Positions 10,216 through 19,562 of a stretch of 64,000 nt of DNA are shown here, one piece after another. The position numbers were made by a program, and so were the translations under genes. The stretch's first letter is position 1. Each line of letters opens with the position of its first letter. The notes below the pieces were generated by a model. It worked only from the letters and a program-made list of their open reading frames with translations. It was not told where the DNA came from and ran no database searches. The stretch comes from a virus (Duplodnaviria > Caudoviricetes): the IMG/VR virus record IMGVR_UViG_3300020049_008087, positions 1 through 64,000 of that record; one strand, 5' to 3'.

Positions 10216-10571
10216 GCTGGAGTGTCGTATGTTACTTTGCCATTGACAAAGTATGTGGGTTTGTCGTTATACACGAGCGCGCCAACTGTGTTGGGTTTGC
10301 GATGGTTAAACAGTTCTGCTGCAGTGTCCAAGTTGCCAGCCTGACAGATAAAGTCACTGGTAGTCTTATCGTAAATTAAAATGGTATCGCCCTCTAGGTC
10401 TGCAGATAAAATCATAACGTCTGCTTCCACGGTGACGATGCTGTCAAGATCCACTTGGTATTTTTCGGCTGTTGCTTTGATCAATTCCCGCACCTTTAGT
10501 ATTTGATAAGTCTGTCCCAGTATCCAACCCAAATAGAATATAACCACGGTGTAAACGATTTCTACTATCAT
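10212..10571 (-). CDS. hypothetical membrane-anchored protein
   Basis: N-terminal TM helix, AAGGA SD. Confidence 0.55.
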   Translation of the reverse strand: MIVEIVYTVVIFYLGWILGQTYQILKVRELIKATAEKYQVDLDSIVTVEADVMILSADLEGDTILIYDKTTSDFICQAGNLDTAAELFNHRKPNTVGALVYNDKPTYFVNGKVTYDTPA

Positions 10572-10585
10572 AGTGTCCTTTTGAG

Positions 10586-10867
10586 TTATTTATTGATTTG
10601 CAGATTACTCCACAATTTGAGTTTGTCAAATTTGTTCTGCTTTTTGTCAATGATTCCCTGCTCAGTGACACCTATGTTTAGGTCAATCAGTAGTTCTACC
10701 ATGGCATAAACATCTGCAATCTCTTGTTCCAACAGTTGCATATTGGTTTCAGTGGCGTTGTGTGCAATCTGATCAGGACCAAATCTCATGCACTTGCTCG
10801 CCTGCTGTACAACTTCAGCACATTCTTCCAGCAATATCACTAGTACTTCGGTTGTGTCTGAATTCAT
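10586..10867 (-). CDS. MazG-like NTP pyrophosphohydrolase
   Basis: LLEECAEV...LEQEIADV (ExxE...ExxD). Confidence 0.7.
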   Translation of the reverse strand: MNSDTTEVLVILLEECAEVVQQASKCMRFGPDQIAHNATETNMQLLEQEIADVYAMVELLIDLNIGVTEQGIIDKKQNKFDKLKLWSNLQINK

Positions 10868-11076
10868 TGTGCCTCAGACAATTGCTCTACAACTTTTTCC
10901 AGTGATTCAGTTACTTCCCATGTACCATGAGGTGGACAAAACACATAGGTAACATTTTCCAACAAGCCACTTTCTTTTTCTACAGTGCTGTTGTACACAG
11001 TTGCTACCATGTCTTTTCTAATTGCGATCTTGTTGCCGCGATGTAAATCGGCTGCGTTGGTCAGTGTGATGAACAT
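10864..11076 (-). CDS. FlbD-like small protein
   Basis: MFITLT...V-x-ESLEKV pattern. Confidence 0.4.
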   Translation of the reverse strand: MFITLTNAADLHRGNKIAIRKDMVATVYNSTVEKESGLLENVTYVFCPPHGTWEVTESLEKVVEQLSEAQ

Positions 11077-11600
11077 TATTTTTTCTTTCTGGTTTGTTTA
11101 AATTTTGGTACTATATACTTCTCGTGATAGCTGGTCCAGTTGTTTAGGTAATAATCGTATCTGACCCATCTGTGCTTTTTCTGTTTTACTTGTACTAGAA
11201 ATCCCCATTCGCGGCGTTGTGGACCCATGCACACTAGTGTGGTGGCTGGGTTCTCATCTTCCAGTTCCAACCAGTGCATGTCAGTGGCGCGATGCCAGAT
11301 CACGCTACCTGGGCCACGCCATTTGGCAAACTCTGCTATCTTCTCGCCGGCTGAATTAAACACTGGCAAATGCTCCCAGTATCCACCCTTGAGGATAATC
11401 GTAAAGTAGGACCATGGATGGTCATGAAAGATAGGATCATCGCTGCGTACAATTTTATGTAGAGCAATGTTGAATGGGAACCTGGTGCGGTCTTTGAGGA
11501 ATAGGTAATACCTGTGCATATAGTCTGCGCCAGACTTGCGATCAGGTATCAGCCTGTACCTGCCTAATTTATTCATTATAGAATGTAATATATTTTTCAT
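11076..11600 (-). CDS. cupin-fold protein
   Basis: LHKI..SD...HDHPW...ILKGGYWE...H. Confidence 0.65.
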   Translation of the reverse strand: MKNILHSIMNKLGRYRLIPDRKSGADYMHRYYLFLKDRTRFPFNIALHKIVRSDDPIFHDHPWSYFTIILKGGYWEHLPVFNSAGEKIAEFAKWRGPGSVIWHRATDMHWLELEDENPATTLVCMGPQRREWGFLVQVKQKKHRWVRYDYYLNNWTSYHEKYIVPKFKQTRKKK

Positions 11601-11623
11601 TATTCAGGTACAAAAATTAGTGA

Positions 11624-11688
11624 CAGCCTTTGCGAGACACAGACGGCTGCCTGATCTGTATTAGAAATACAGTCTCTTAGAAAGGCTG
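11624..11688 (-). ncRNA. candidate intergenic structured RNA (nested helices)
   Basis: CAGCCTTT/AAAGGCTG enclosing GAGAC/GTCTC, TGTATT/AATACA and CAGGC/GTCTG. Confidence 0.4.
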
Positions 11689-11689
11689 A

Positions 11690-11959
11690 TTACAGGCCTA
11701 GTGAAAGGGCACGATACCCTGCTGCAATGATTTCACGGCTAGGAGTACCCAGACGATACTTGGTAGTTACTTTACCGTTGCTGTCAGTGCGGTTGTTTGC
11801 ATATACTGCAAAGCCACTGTAGCGCAAGTTGCTTACGGTTGCTGTTGGATTGGCAATGCTAAAACGGGTTGCGATTTGTTTAGCTGTCAGTTGTTCACCT
11901 TTTTGAAATGCTTCTAAGAGGCGGGCTTGTTTTGATTCTGCTTTTACTGTTTTTAACAT
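11690..11959 (-). CDS. winged helix-turn-helix protein
   Basis: LTAKQIATRFSIANPTATVSNLR. Confidence 0.6.
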   Translation of the reverse strand: MLKTVKAESKQARLLEAFQKGEQLTAKQIATRFSIANPTATVSNLRYSGFAVYANNRTDSNGKVTTKYRLGTPSREIIAAGYRALSLGL

Positions 11960-12072
11960 AGTTTATTTTCCTTTAAATAGTTCGCTGATCTCTCAACGTG
12001 ATAACATTATAACACCACTCGTACTGCTTTACAACACATTTGGTAACATTAGTTCAACTAAGTTTACCAAAC

Positions 12073-12582
12073 TTATTCTGTGGGAAACGGCCAAGCTGCA
12101 CTGGCAATGGACCAAGTGGAAGTTTGGTTTGGTTTTGGTTCAACATTGGACTCTATCACTTGGTCAGTGTCAGTGTCAATCAGGTCAATTAACACTGGAC
12201 CCAAGATCAACATGGTGCTTTCTTCCACTTGCCAGTTATGTTCACCATCATGTAACCAACTCATACCACCCTCATGCCAGTTGTTCTCAATCAACTGCTT
12301 TTCTTCATCAGTGAATCCAGCATCAAACTCAAAGAAACAGGCACACAAATCAGTTAGTTCTGCACAGGCAAATCCACTAGTGGCTTCGCAATGAATTCCA
12401 TTGTTGCCTAATTCCCATTCAGTAACTGGATCTTGCTCACTTCTAAATCCATATCCCCAACGGTAAGTTTCTTCTACACTCCAACCACGTGTTGTGCCAT
12501 CTGCTAGGTCTTCGTACACGGCGTTGGTTACCACTACACTTTTCTTGTCCAGTGCTGTTATGCGATATGCCTGTTCCATCAT
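12073..12582 (-). CDS. hypothetical acidic protein
   Basis: 169-aa ORF, ATGA overlap. Confidence 0.55.
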   Translation of the reverse strand: MMEQAYRITALDKKSVVVTNAVYEDLADGTTRGWSVEETYRWGYGFRSEQDPVTEWELGNNGIHCEATSGFACAELTDLCACFFEFDAGFTDEEKQLIENNWHEGGMSWLHDGEHNWQVEESTMLILGPVLIDLIDTDTDQVIESNVEPKPNQTSTWSIASAAWPFPTE

Positions 12583-12788
12583 TCGCCCCCGTAGTATTCA
12601 ATCAATTTGGTCATATACTTTACTAATTTTTTATTCTTGCGCACATCTTCTTTGTGCAAGAATGCGCCATACACGCTACCCTCTAGATGATTTTCTAATT
12701 CTGTTAGCAGATAATTTCTTGCCTCAATCAGATTGGCTAGGGTAATAGCGTCTGCTACCTCATAGTGAATGCTCAGGTGATTGGGCAC
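12579..12788 (-). CDS. hypothetical protein
   Basis: GTG start overlapping the upstream stop. Confidence 0.5.
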   Translation of the reverse strand: MPNHLSIHYEVADAITLANLIEARNYLLTELENHLEGSVYGAFLHKEDVRKNKKLVKYMTKLIEYYGGE

Positions 12789-13012
12789 TATTCTACTCCA
12801 AAGTGTTTTTTTATTTTAAGAATGTGTGCATGTGCTGGTGCCTGTATTATAAATCCAGGAACATCGTACTGCATGCTATCAATCAATGTACAACATTCTG
12901 CAATAAGCAACTGGGTGAACTTTTTAAATTCTGGCATATCCCAGTGTCCAATGTCAAACATATCTGTTTCATAACCAGCCTCTACCGCCAACTGCCGAAT
13001 CCGTTCATTCAT
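12788..13012 (-). CDS. NERI/KFAELIV family mini-protein
   Basis: MNERIRQLA...KKFTQLLIAEC...HFGVE. Confidence 0.8.
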   Translation of the reverse strand: MNERIRQLAVEAGYETDMFDIGHWDMPEFKKFTQLLIAECCTLIDSMQYDVPGFIIQAPAHAHILKIKKHFGVE

Positions 13013-13014
13013 GT

Positions 13015-13239
13015 TTAGAACCTCACCACAGGTTTAGCGGGCACTGGCTCGCGCTCTGGTCCTTGTGGTACGCACATGAACTTACCAAAGATATGGTATT
13101 CATATCTGGATAGTATCATCCAGGAGTTTGCACACGCATCAGCACTGTCATAAGTGCCCAGATATCGCCAGCCACCGTGTTCAGTTTCAGTCACTGGCGA
13201 GATAGCCATGGTCCATAGTAGTAATATATGTGGTATCAT
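13015..13239 (-). CDS. small secreted protein
   Basis: hydrophobic N-terminus; YDSADAC...MCVP resembles 20498..20668. Confidence 0.5.
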   Translation of the reverse strand: MIPHILLLWTMAISPVTETEHGGWRYLGTYDSADACANSWMILSRYEYHIFGKFMCVPQGPEREPVPAKPVVRF

Positions 13240-13475
13240 TATGTCATTCCAAAATATTTTTTAACTGCATCGGCATGCTCGTGCCCATTCTTTGCCTTGG
13301 TATTCTTTCGCATTACAATGCAGGCCTCGTACAGTAGCAAATGAGCCAGTACCTCTGCATATAAAGTTACATCCTGGTAGATACCAAAAGGGCAATACAT
13401 CTTGCCATCTCTTGCCGGATACACCAGCTTGGATTGCTGTAGTAGTCGTTCTATGTTTTTATTAATGTCAGTCAT
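13239..13475 (-). CDS. divergent NERI-family-like protein
   Basis: IERLLQQS...LAHLLLYEAC...VKKYFG. Confidence 0.45.
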   Translation of the reverse strand: MTDINKNIERLLQQSKLVYPARDGKMYCPFGIYQDVTLYAEVLAHLLLYEACIVMRKNTKAKNGHEHADAVKKYFGMT

Positions 13476-13708
13476 GTGATTGGATCAGTGACGAAATCAT
13501 ATGTCTTTTCAAAGATTGCCTGGTCGCAGATATACAATTCAGCGTCTACTCCTCGCATTAGATAGTCGCCAGCTTTACCTTTCTTGTAATTGCCTTCCAG
13601 GGTATTGACTCTGAATTCTTCATGTATCTGTCTGGCCTGAACCACAATTGGACGCTTCATGCAAGCACTCATACCACCCACATCTTCATACGTGTCAAAT
13701 ATTTTCAT
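13472..13708 (-). CDS. PGDYG-like protein
   Basis: KRPIVVQA...TLEG...GDYLMRGV..ELY.C...IFEKTY. Confidence 0.6.
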   Translation of the reverse strand: MKIFDTYEDVGGMSACMKRPIVVQARQIHEEFRVNTLEGNYKKGKAGDYLMRGVDAELYICDQAIFEKTYDFVTDPIT

Positions 13709-13959
13709 TTCGCTTCCTTTAAATTAACGTCAGTGTATTCTAACACCGTTCTGCTCTGCACATCCCAAAACAGTTCAACTGCTTTTTTGGCATAGTCAGA
13801 ATCAATATATTGTCCAAGTACACCTTCCATATCAGTATATACTTTAGCACCCCATATGGTATTCTGTGTGCCAACTCTATAGACCACTCCAATGATTTTA
13901 CCGTCAACATCATCATAAAAAACAGATTGATAAAACTCTTTTTCTTGCCATCTTTTCAT
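13705..13959 (-). CDS. hypothetical protein
   Basis: GGTGAGGTG SD. Confidence 0.5.
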   Translation of the reverse strand: MKRWQEKEFYQSVFYDDVDGKIIGVVYRVGTQNTIWGAKVYTDMEGVLGQYIDSDYAKKAVELFWDVQSRTVLEYTDVNLKEAK

Positions 13960-13993
13960 TCGTCTATCACCTCACCAAAGTTTCGCTCATTCT

Positions 13994-14194
13994 TCAACTC
14001 CTATATACTTCAACAGTATTCAATATATTCTTGGCATAATTAATAGCAGTTTGTGAAGCAACATCATCTCGCATATATTGAGATACTTTATACGTTCTAT
14101 CAAATTTCCAAAACAGAAAGTTTTTGTAATACACATCATACTCTTCCATATGAGCATCATATATGACTTTGGTTTGCTTGAAAAGATGTTTCAT
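13994..14194 (-). CDS. hypothetical protein
   Basis: starts at a GVEE junction and ends within AGGAGTTGAAGAATG read in another frame. Confidence 0.55.
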   Translation of the reverse strand: MKHLFKQTKVIYDAHMEEYDVYYKNFLFWKFDRTYKVSQYMRDDVASQTAINYAKNILNTVEVYRS

Positions 14195-14457
14195 TCTTCA
14201 ACTCCGAAATGTTGTTTAATCATAGCACTTACACATTCTACGGCATTGTCCCATTCAGGATTATGTGTAACTCCGTCTTCCATTAAGTTGCCGCCACCGT
14301 ATTGGAACTCTATTTCCTTAATACATTCCTTAACAATCAACTGGGCGAACTTTTCTATATGTTTTTCTACTTCCAACTCGTGACCACGATAGTCAACTGG
14401 CATGTATGCTCCAAGCCCAGACCGATCATATAGAGCCAGTAAAAGTCGTTCGTTCAT
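14191..14457 (-). CDS. NERI/KFAELIV family mini-protein
   Basis: MNERL...EKFAQLIVKEC...HFGVEE. Confidence 0.85.
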   Translation of the reverse strand: MNERLLLALYDRSGLGAYMPVDYRGHELEVEKHIEKFAQLIVKECIKEIEFQYGGGNLMEDGVTHNPEWDNAVECVSAMIKQHFGVEE

Positions 14458-14669
14458 TCTTCAACTCCGAAATGTTCTTTAATCTCGTTAATAATATGAT
14501 TCACATCATTAGGTGGTGCCCAATCAAATGCCGCACGGTCTTGAGCAATGCTGATACATTCTTTCACAATCAACTCGGCAAACTTTTCACAGAAGTCAGC
14601 ATCAATGTGTTTATCTCCTGGAATAATTTTTCCAGCCTCTAGCATTAGTTCAGTAATTCGTTGGTTCAT
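14454..14669 (-). CDS. NERI/KFAELIV family mini-protein
   Basis: N-half shared with the gene starting at 23575. Confidence 0.85.
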   Translation of the reverse strand: MNQRITELMLEAGKIIPGDKHIDADFCEKFAELIVKECISIAQDRAAFDWAPPNDVNHIINEIKEHFGVEE

Positions 14670-14905
14670 TTTGTTTCTCCATTAGTTGGTGATTCTTCTA
14701 TTCCGAAATGTTTTTTAATATCACTTGCACAGTGTCTTGGCTCAGACGATGGCCACTTTTGTAAATCATCACATACACTGGCACATTCACGCACAATCAA
14801 CTCGGCGAACTTTTCTTTATCAAAGATCCAACCTTCGCCACTGTTTTCTGTTGGCTCAATGTAAGTAGTAGCCTGTTCAGCAAGTAGTTTAATTCGTTCG
14901 TTCAT
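14666..14905 (-). CDS. NERI/KFAELIV family mini-protein
   Basis: C-half shared with 22194..22436. Confidence 0.85.
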   Translation of the reverse strand: MNERIKLLAEQATTYIEPTENSGEGWIFDKEKFAELIVRECASVCDDLQKWPSSEPRHCASDIKKHFGIEESPTNGETK

Positions 14906-14906
14906 A

Positions 14907-15089
14907 TCAACTCCACTTCAATAAAAACCACATAGCGTCTTTGTCATTGCCAAAGAAATAATCAATTTTGGATTGATCGTAGGTATTATATCCATCACAA
15001 TGTAGGTCGTTAGTAATGTAACTTGGGCAATACTTTTTAGCCCACTCCAATGGAGTCCAAAGCGGATCGTAAGGTAAAGTAACGGTCAT
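14907..15089 (-). CDS. F-x-L-R-W family mini-protein
   Basis: close paralog of 47707..47889. Confidence 0.75.
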   Translation of the reverse strand: MTVTLPYDPLWTPLEWAKKYCPSYITNDLHCDGYNTYDQSKIDYFFGNDKDAMWFLLKWS

Positions 15090-15298
15090 GCCCACCTCAA
15101 CGCAAACATAGTAGCATCCCGACCTTGACGGAAATAATAGTCTGTTCCGTTATAGTGATAGACAGCATTCCACCGACTTTTAAAAGCCCCATAGTGTTCG
15201 CCAAGCCATGCTTCAATATCGTCAATCTTTTCGGGTGTTGGTCCTTCCACATTGACTGCTACCTTGTGTGGCCATAGTTCTTTCTTTAGAACTCTCAT
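15086..15298 (-). CDS. F-x-L-R-W family mini-protein
   Basis: YYFRQGRDATMFALRWA. Confidence 0.75.
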   Translation of the reverse strand: MRVLKKELWPHKVAVNVEGPTPEKIDDIEAWLGEHYGAFKSRWNAVYHYNGTDYYFRQGRDATMFALRWA

Positions 15299-15498
15299 GA
15301 ACCCCACCTCAACGCAAACCACGCAAAGTTTTCTCTCACTTGAAATATGTATCCGGTACCACCCGAACTTAACAAAAACGGATCACACCCATTCTTATAC
15401 ATCCAAGAACTGATTTCATGCCAGTCATCGGTCCGCCTACATTGATAAACAGGAAACTTATTCCAACCTGGATATGATGTTTTTTCTACCTTGTTCAT
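15295..15498 (-). CDS. F-x-L-R-W family mini-protein
   Basis: WFALRWGS. Confidence 0.7.
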   Translation of the reverse strand: MNKVEKTSYPGWNKFPVYQCRRTDDWHEISSWMYKNGCDPFLLSSGGTGYIFQVRENFAWFALRWGS

Positions 15499-15743
15499 GA
15501 ACTCCACCTCAACGCAAACCATGTTGCCAACTTGGGATCTTTCACTGTGATAGTGGGCACATATTTTGGTCCCAAATCACGAGGATCAAATGCTTCATGT
15601 GGTTTGGGATAAACACGCTCACGCCGGTAGAACCAAGCATAATCGTAGTTGTCAACAAGACCAGTCATATTACCCTTGCCCACATGCTTGTTTAACCATT
15701 CGGTACAACCTTCTGGTACACCTTGATGAAATTCTACTCTCAC
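15495..15743 (-). CDS. F-x-L-R-W family mini-protein
   Basis: KDPKLATWFALRWSS. Confidence 0.7.
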   Translation of the reverse strand: MRVEFHQGVPEGCTEWLNKHVGKGNMTGLVDNYDYAWFYRRERVYPKPHEAFDPRDLGPKYVPTITVKDPKLATWFALRWSS

Positions 15744-15901
15744 GGTCTATACTCCAGTTTAATACATTTCCAACCGTTGCGTTTTGCCCACCACATGTTG
15801 TAGATGGCTCGGATTACGCTAGGACCAGCGTAAATCTGTAGCCAATAGTAAGGCCCATCAACTGCGCTATCCCATACATTGACTTCATATCGCCATCCCA
15901 T
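15740..15901 (-). CDS. 53-aa hypothetical protein (not in ORF track)
   Basis: MGWRYEVNVW...LEYRP*; start and stop overlap both neighbours. Confidence 0.55.
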   Translation of the reverse strand: MGWRYEVNVWDSAVDGPYYWLQIYAGPSVIRAIYNMWWAKRNGWKCIKLEYRP

Positions 15902-16161
15902 TATTCAACTCCAAACTGTTGTCGAATCTGTCGTTCTACTTCATCAAATATAGCCAGTGCCAAATCTGGATCCATAGTTTTGTGCGAGTTCTTTTCACTA
16001 CACCAACCTCGGGCAATGGCACCAAGTAATTCTTCACGGTTGATACATTCCCTAACAATCAACTCGGCGAACTTTTCAACAAATGTGACCTGACTTGACC
16101 AAGAATCATCTTTGGTAGATTTTGCCGCTTTATTCCAAAGTTCTGCTATTCGTTCGTTCAT
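15901..16161 (-). CDS. NERI/KFAELIV family mini-protein
   Basis: MNERIAEL...EKFAELIVREC...QFGVE. Confidence 0.85.
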   Translation of the reverse strand: MNERIAELWNKAAKSTKDDSWSSQVTFVEKFAELIVRECINREELLGAIARGWCSEKNSHKTMDPDLALAIFDEVERQIRQQFGVE

Positions 16162-16373
16162 TCTTCAACTCCAAATTTATATGCCAATTCTTGAATTAAT
16201 CGTTCCTGTTTTTTGTCTGAGATATCGGATCTATAAATTGATAATATACATTCTTTCACAATCAACTCGGCGAATAATTCTAATGTTGCCTTCTGCACAG
16301 GACCTATATCGTGCCAATCTTTAAGGCGATCAAAAGCAGGTTGGTTTAATATTTCAGCAATTCGGTCGTTCAT
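16158..16373 (-). CDS. NERI/KFAELIV family mini-protein
   Basis: MNDRIAE...LFAELIVKEC...KFGVEE. Confidence 0.85.
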   Translation of the reverse strand: MNDRIAEILNQPAFDRLKDWHDIGPVQKATLELFAELIVKECILSIYRSDISDKKQERLIQELAYKFGVEE

Positions 16374-17198
16374 TTAAATCTCCACGTATACAAGTTCAAA
16401 ATTCTCTGCACGATCTTCATAGCCATCATAACCACGAGGGTTGCACACAATGCGACAACTGCCAATACAATAGTCAAATGGTTCATGGGTGTGGCCATGT
16501 GTCCACAGGCGAATCTGTCTACGATCCAAAATGAAATCGTCCATGTTGGTACTGTATGCACCATTCATGTGAAACTCCGTCTTGTACCTGGGATGAGTAC
16601 TGGCCTTGCTGGGAGCATGATGACCCACTACCACAACAGGCATCAGCTCATACTGCGCCAACACCTGATCCAGTCCCTGACGAAAAGCAAAATGATCTGC
16701 TACAGAATCTTGGGGCAGAAACTTGCCACCTGCAGTGGGTGCAGTGTTTTTGATCTGATAGTAATCATTCATTGTATTCTGCATCTGCATCATGGTAATG
16801 GGGTCCTGTGCGTTCATGTCAGTCCATAGTGTGCCACCAAAGAACAACACACCGTTAATGATACGCCATTCTTTATCCAAGAAATGCACATTGTGCAAGT
16901 CGCCAAAGGTGCCACGAATGATTTTAGCAGTACCAGCATAGTCGCCGTGATAGTGTTCGTGATTGCCCATGATCAAGATCACCTGCGGGAATCGTTCACT
17001 GCAACGAGTCACAAAGTTGTTGTAGCGTTCGGCGCGGGCCTGTACAGTCTCGGTGACTGGCAGCACTGTACCACTGGCGGTTAAGTCGCCGGCTACAAAG
17101 ATGTCCCCACCAAGTATTAACACATCGGCGTTCTCACTGTTGACCAAATCTAAATCACCAAACTCTAGGTGCAGATCACTGCACACTGCGATTTTCAT
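16374..17198 (-). CDS. calcineurin-like metallophosphoesterase
   Basis: SDLHLE, GGDI, MGNHEHY, GHH, HGHTH motifs. Confidence 0.85.
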   Translation of the reverse strand: MKIAVCSDLHLEFGDLDLVNSENADVLILGGDIFVAGDLTASGTVLPVTETVQARAERYNNFVTRCSERFPQVILIMGNHEHYHGDYAGTAKIIRGTFGDLHNVHFLDKEWRIINGVLFFGGTLWTDMNAQDPITMMQMQNTMNDYYQIKNTAPTAGGKFLPQDSVADHFAFRQGLDQVLAQYELMPVVVVGHHAPSKASTHPRYKTEFHMNGAYSTNMDDFILDRRQIRLWTHGHTHEPFDYCIGSCRIVCNPRGYDGYEDRAENFELVYVEI

Positions 17199-17449
17199 TT
17201 TTTACTTTCAACGCAATAGCCGCCCTTGAACACATACACATCTGAATTGAAATCTATCTGTTTGTAAATTTCACCGTTAACGCATTTATATGGATCTCTG
17301 TACATGGTTGACATGTAATAATATATACTATAGCCAATACCACCAAGCACACTAACTACCAATACCAATATGACCAGTGACTTGAGGTTACCCATGATAC
17401 TGGGAATGATTGCCAGTATCTGTGGTAAGAATTTCAATAAATCTTTCAC
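17195..17449 (-). CDS. small membrane protein
   Basis: TM helix and two Cys. Confidence 0.5.
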   Translation of the reverse strand: MKDLLKFLPQILAIIPSIMGNLKSLVILVLVVSVLGGIGYSIYYYMSTMYRDPYKCVNGEIYKQIDFNSDVYVFKGGYCVESKK

Positions 17450-17588
17450 TATACGATTCCTATCTTTATATGATTATAACACCAAATAAGAGTATCCACA
17501 AGTTTGCATATGCCCAAAGGCACAAAGATCATGAGCAACACAGCCATGCTGGCAATCATGCTGCCGATATTTTTACCAACGTCATGCA

Positions 17589-17987
17589 TCATTTGCTATC
17601 TCCAATAGCACTCAGTTCACTCACGTGCTTGCACGATCTACGAAAGGTGAAGCCTGGGCAATTGCAATCCCAACCGCCACTGTCTTTGGTCACCACATAC
17701 TTTTTACCCTTGCTACCGGTAACTTCAAATGTTTGCATGCCAGTGTCAACTGTTTTAAAATCACCGCTCAACAATTCAATGTCACGCACCAAGTTCATGT
17801 CAATAACACGCACTCGCATGGTTTCATCACCGGTCATGCAAAACTGTCGGTCATTCAACCATTTGTGTGATGGAACAACCATGCCCTCAAACACATAGTG
17901 GTCAGGCTGCGGTGGGAACATACGAGGTCCCTGTGCATAACGTATGCTAACGCGAACCTTACTGTCTTTTGTGGGCACTTGCATCAT
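17589..17987 (-). CDS. SWIM zinc-finger protein
   Basis: YVV...WDCNCPGFTFRRSCKHV. Confidence 0.7.
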   Translation of the reverse strand: MMQVPTKDSKVRVSIRYAQGPRMFPPQPDHYVFEGMVVPSHKWLNDRQFCMTGDETMRVRVIDMNLVRDIELLSGDFKTVDTGMQTFEVTGSKGKKYVVTKDSGGWDCNCPGFTFRRSCKHVSELSAIGDSK

Positions 17988-18550
17988 TACTTTCCTTCAC
18001 GTTGATCTTGCATTACCCAACCCTCACCACAGTCAGGGCAGCGATATTGACCATTCAGTTCAACCAGATCCTGTACTATGAGTACAGAACCACAGTTAAC
18101 GCATTCCTCTGATTCCTCACTGATCAGCCGGTCAAATTCTTGCTTTAGTGCTGCCAATCTGACAGCATCAGGCCTGGTATCATACTCTGCCTCTTGACCC
18201 AATTGTACCCTAAGACCATTTACCTCATCACGCAATTCACGAATTATATCTCGGTCTGTTTTGGGTGGTGCGTAATCTGCATCCACCTCATATGTAACTT
18301 CATAGCTGCCTTTACGGTCAGTCCACCAGTCATCTTCGTCAAGCCAGTCCCAATCAATGCTGTACATATTTTGGCTGTGTGCATTTTCAATCAATTCAGT
18401 TACTTCATACTCAGCATCCAACAACTGCTGCCAAATTGCGTCTTGTTCTTCGCTGTCTAAATCTGGGAAAATCTCATCAAGTTGTTCACGCTCAATGTCC
18501 AGTGCATAGCGTCTTTCCACTTGGTGCCATTCACTTTTGATTATTCTCAT
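17987..18550 (-). CDS. acidic protein with C-terminal zinc ribbon
   Basis: CVNCG...YRCPDCG. Confidence 0.55.
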   Translation of the reverse strand: MRIIKSEWHQVERRYALDIEREQLDEIFPDLDSEEQDAIWQQLLDAEYEVTELIENAHSQNMYSIDWDWLDEDDWWTDRKGSYEVTYEVDADYAPPKTDRDIIRELRDEVNGLRVQLGQEAEYDTRPDAVRLAALKQEFDRLISEESEECVNCGSVLIVQDLVELNGQYRCPDCGEGWVMQDQREGK

Positions 18551-18726
18551 TTGTATTCCTTTGTGTCAAAAATAATGGTGGCTCCGATTGTCAACCACAA
18601 GGCGAACAATCCATACTCGTTGTTGTATAAATGGTTCAATGATACCAATATATTTAGGACACCAATAGTATATCCAATGGGCTTGCGTTTACTATTAAAC
18701 CATTCTGAAAATTTCTGCATTGTCAT
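18547..18726 (-). CDS. small membrane protein
   Basis: AAGGAG SD, two hydrophobic segments. Confidence 0.5.
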   Translation of the reverse strand: MTMQKFSEWFNSKRKPIGYTIGVLNILVSLNHLYNNEYGLFALWLTIGATIIFDTKEYK

Positions 18727-18730
18727 CTCC

Positions 18731-19000
18731 TTAAGGGGTGTCACGATTGGATAAGTCAGCACCATTCTTAAACGCTCGGTGTATATCATCACTGAATTCC
18801 TGCATCGCGGTTGTATCAAATGTGTGCATCACTGCATTGCGTACAGCATCAGAATCTTTGCCCCAAAATGCTGCACCTGCGGCCACTCGGGCACACTCAG
18901 CCACAATCAACTGGGCGAACTTTTCAACATCAAAATCTTCCCTAAATTCATCGTCCCAATCAGCCTGATGGGCAAGTTGTTTAATTCGTTGGTTCATCAC
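18731..19000 (-). CDS. NERI/KFAELIV family mini-protein (variant C-terminus)
   Basis: MNQRIKQLA...EKFAQLIVAEC. Confidence 0.8.
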   Translation of the reverse strand: MMNQRIKQLAHQADWDDEFREDFDVEKFAQLIVAECARVAAGAAFWGKDSDAVRNAVMHTFDTTAMQEFSDDIHRAFKNGADLSNRDTP

Positions 19001-19332
19001 ATGTTCCTTATCTTTTGTACTTCAAATCCAAATTCGGTTGTATCTAATTTCCCATCAATCAAACTAATAATTAATGATGAATATTTCTCAACCCATTCAC
19101 TAATCATTCGCAGTTCTTTACCGGACAAACTGCTATTGACATTTTTGACCAATTTTGATGTAGACCCAACTGAAAAGATTGCCGCCCAATCATTATCTTT
19201 TGTTACTTTAATTCTATACTTGTCGTGACCATGCTCTAACGGATCTGTTCTACACCAAATAACAATGTTGGAAGGTAATCCCGTTGTCCTGCTTGAAAAG
19301 TTGGACATTTCATAGAGATCACCTGCCTTCAT
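18997..19332 (-). CDS. 111-aa protein, tandem duplicate copy A
   Basis: near-identical to 19562..19897 (EMSNFSSRTTGLPSNIVIWCRT). Confidence 0.75.
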   Translation of the reverse strand: MKAGDLYEMSNFSSRTTGLPSNIVIWCRTDPLEHGHDKYRIKVTKDNDWAAIFSVGSTSKLVKNVNSSLSGKELRMISEWVEKYSSLIISLIDGKLDTTEFGFEVQKIRNM

Positions 19333-19562
19333 TATTCAACTCCGAACGATTCATGTATGTCTGCTATAATAGCGGTCAGCATAGCATTGTATGCTAAATC
19401 GTATTGAACAGTATTTTCTGTACCCTTGCGTATCTTAGCAACACATTCCCTGACAATCAATTCGGCGAACTTTTTACACTCGGGCATATCCCAATGTCCT
19501 ATACCAAACATATCAGGCAAGTATCCAGCCTGTTCAGCAAGTTCTCGAATTCGGTCGTTCAT
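19332..19562 (-). CDS. NERI/KFAELIV family mini-protein
   Basis: N-half shared with 12788..13012. Confidence 0.85.
   Translation of the reverse strand: MNDRIRELAEQAGYLPDMFGIGHWDMPECKKFAELIVRECVAKIRKGTENTVQYDLAYNAMLTAIIADIHESFGVE

Noticed and set aside
11624-11688. Hammerhead ribozyme
   Set aside because: CUGAU and GAAA occur on the plus strand, but the CUGANGA core and its geometry are absent.
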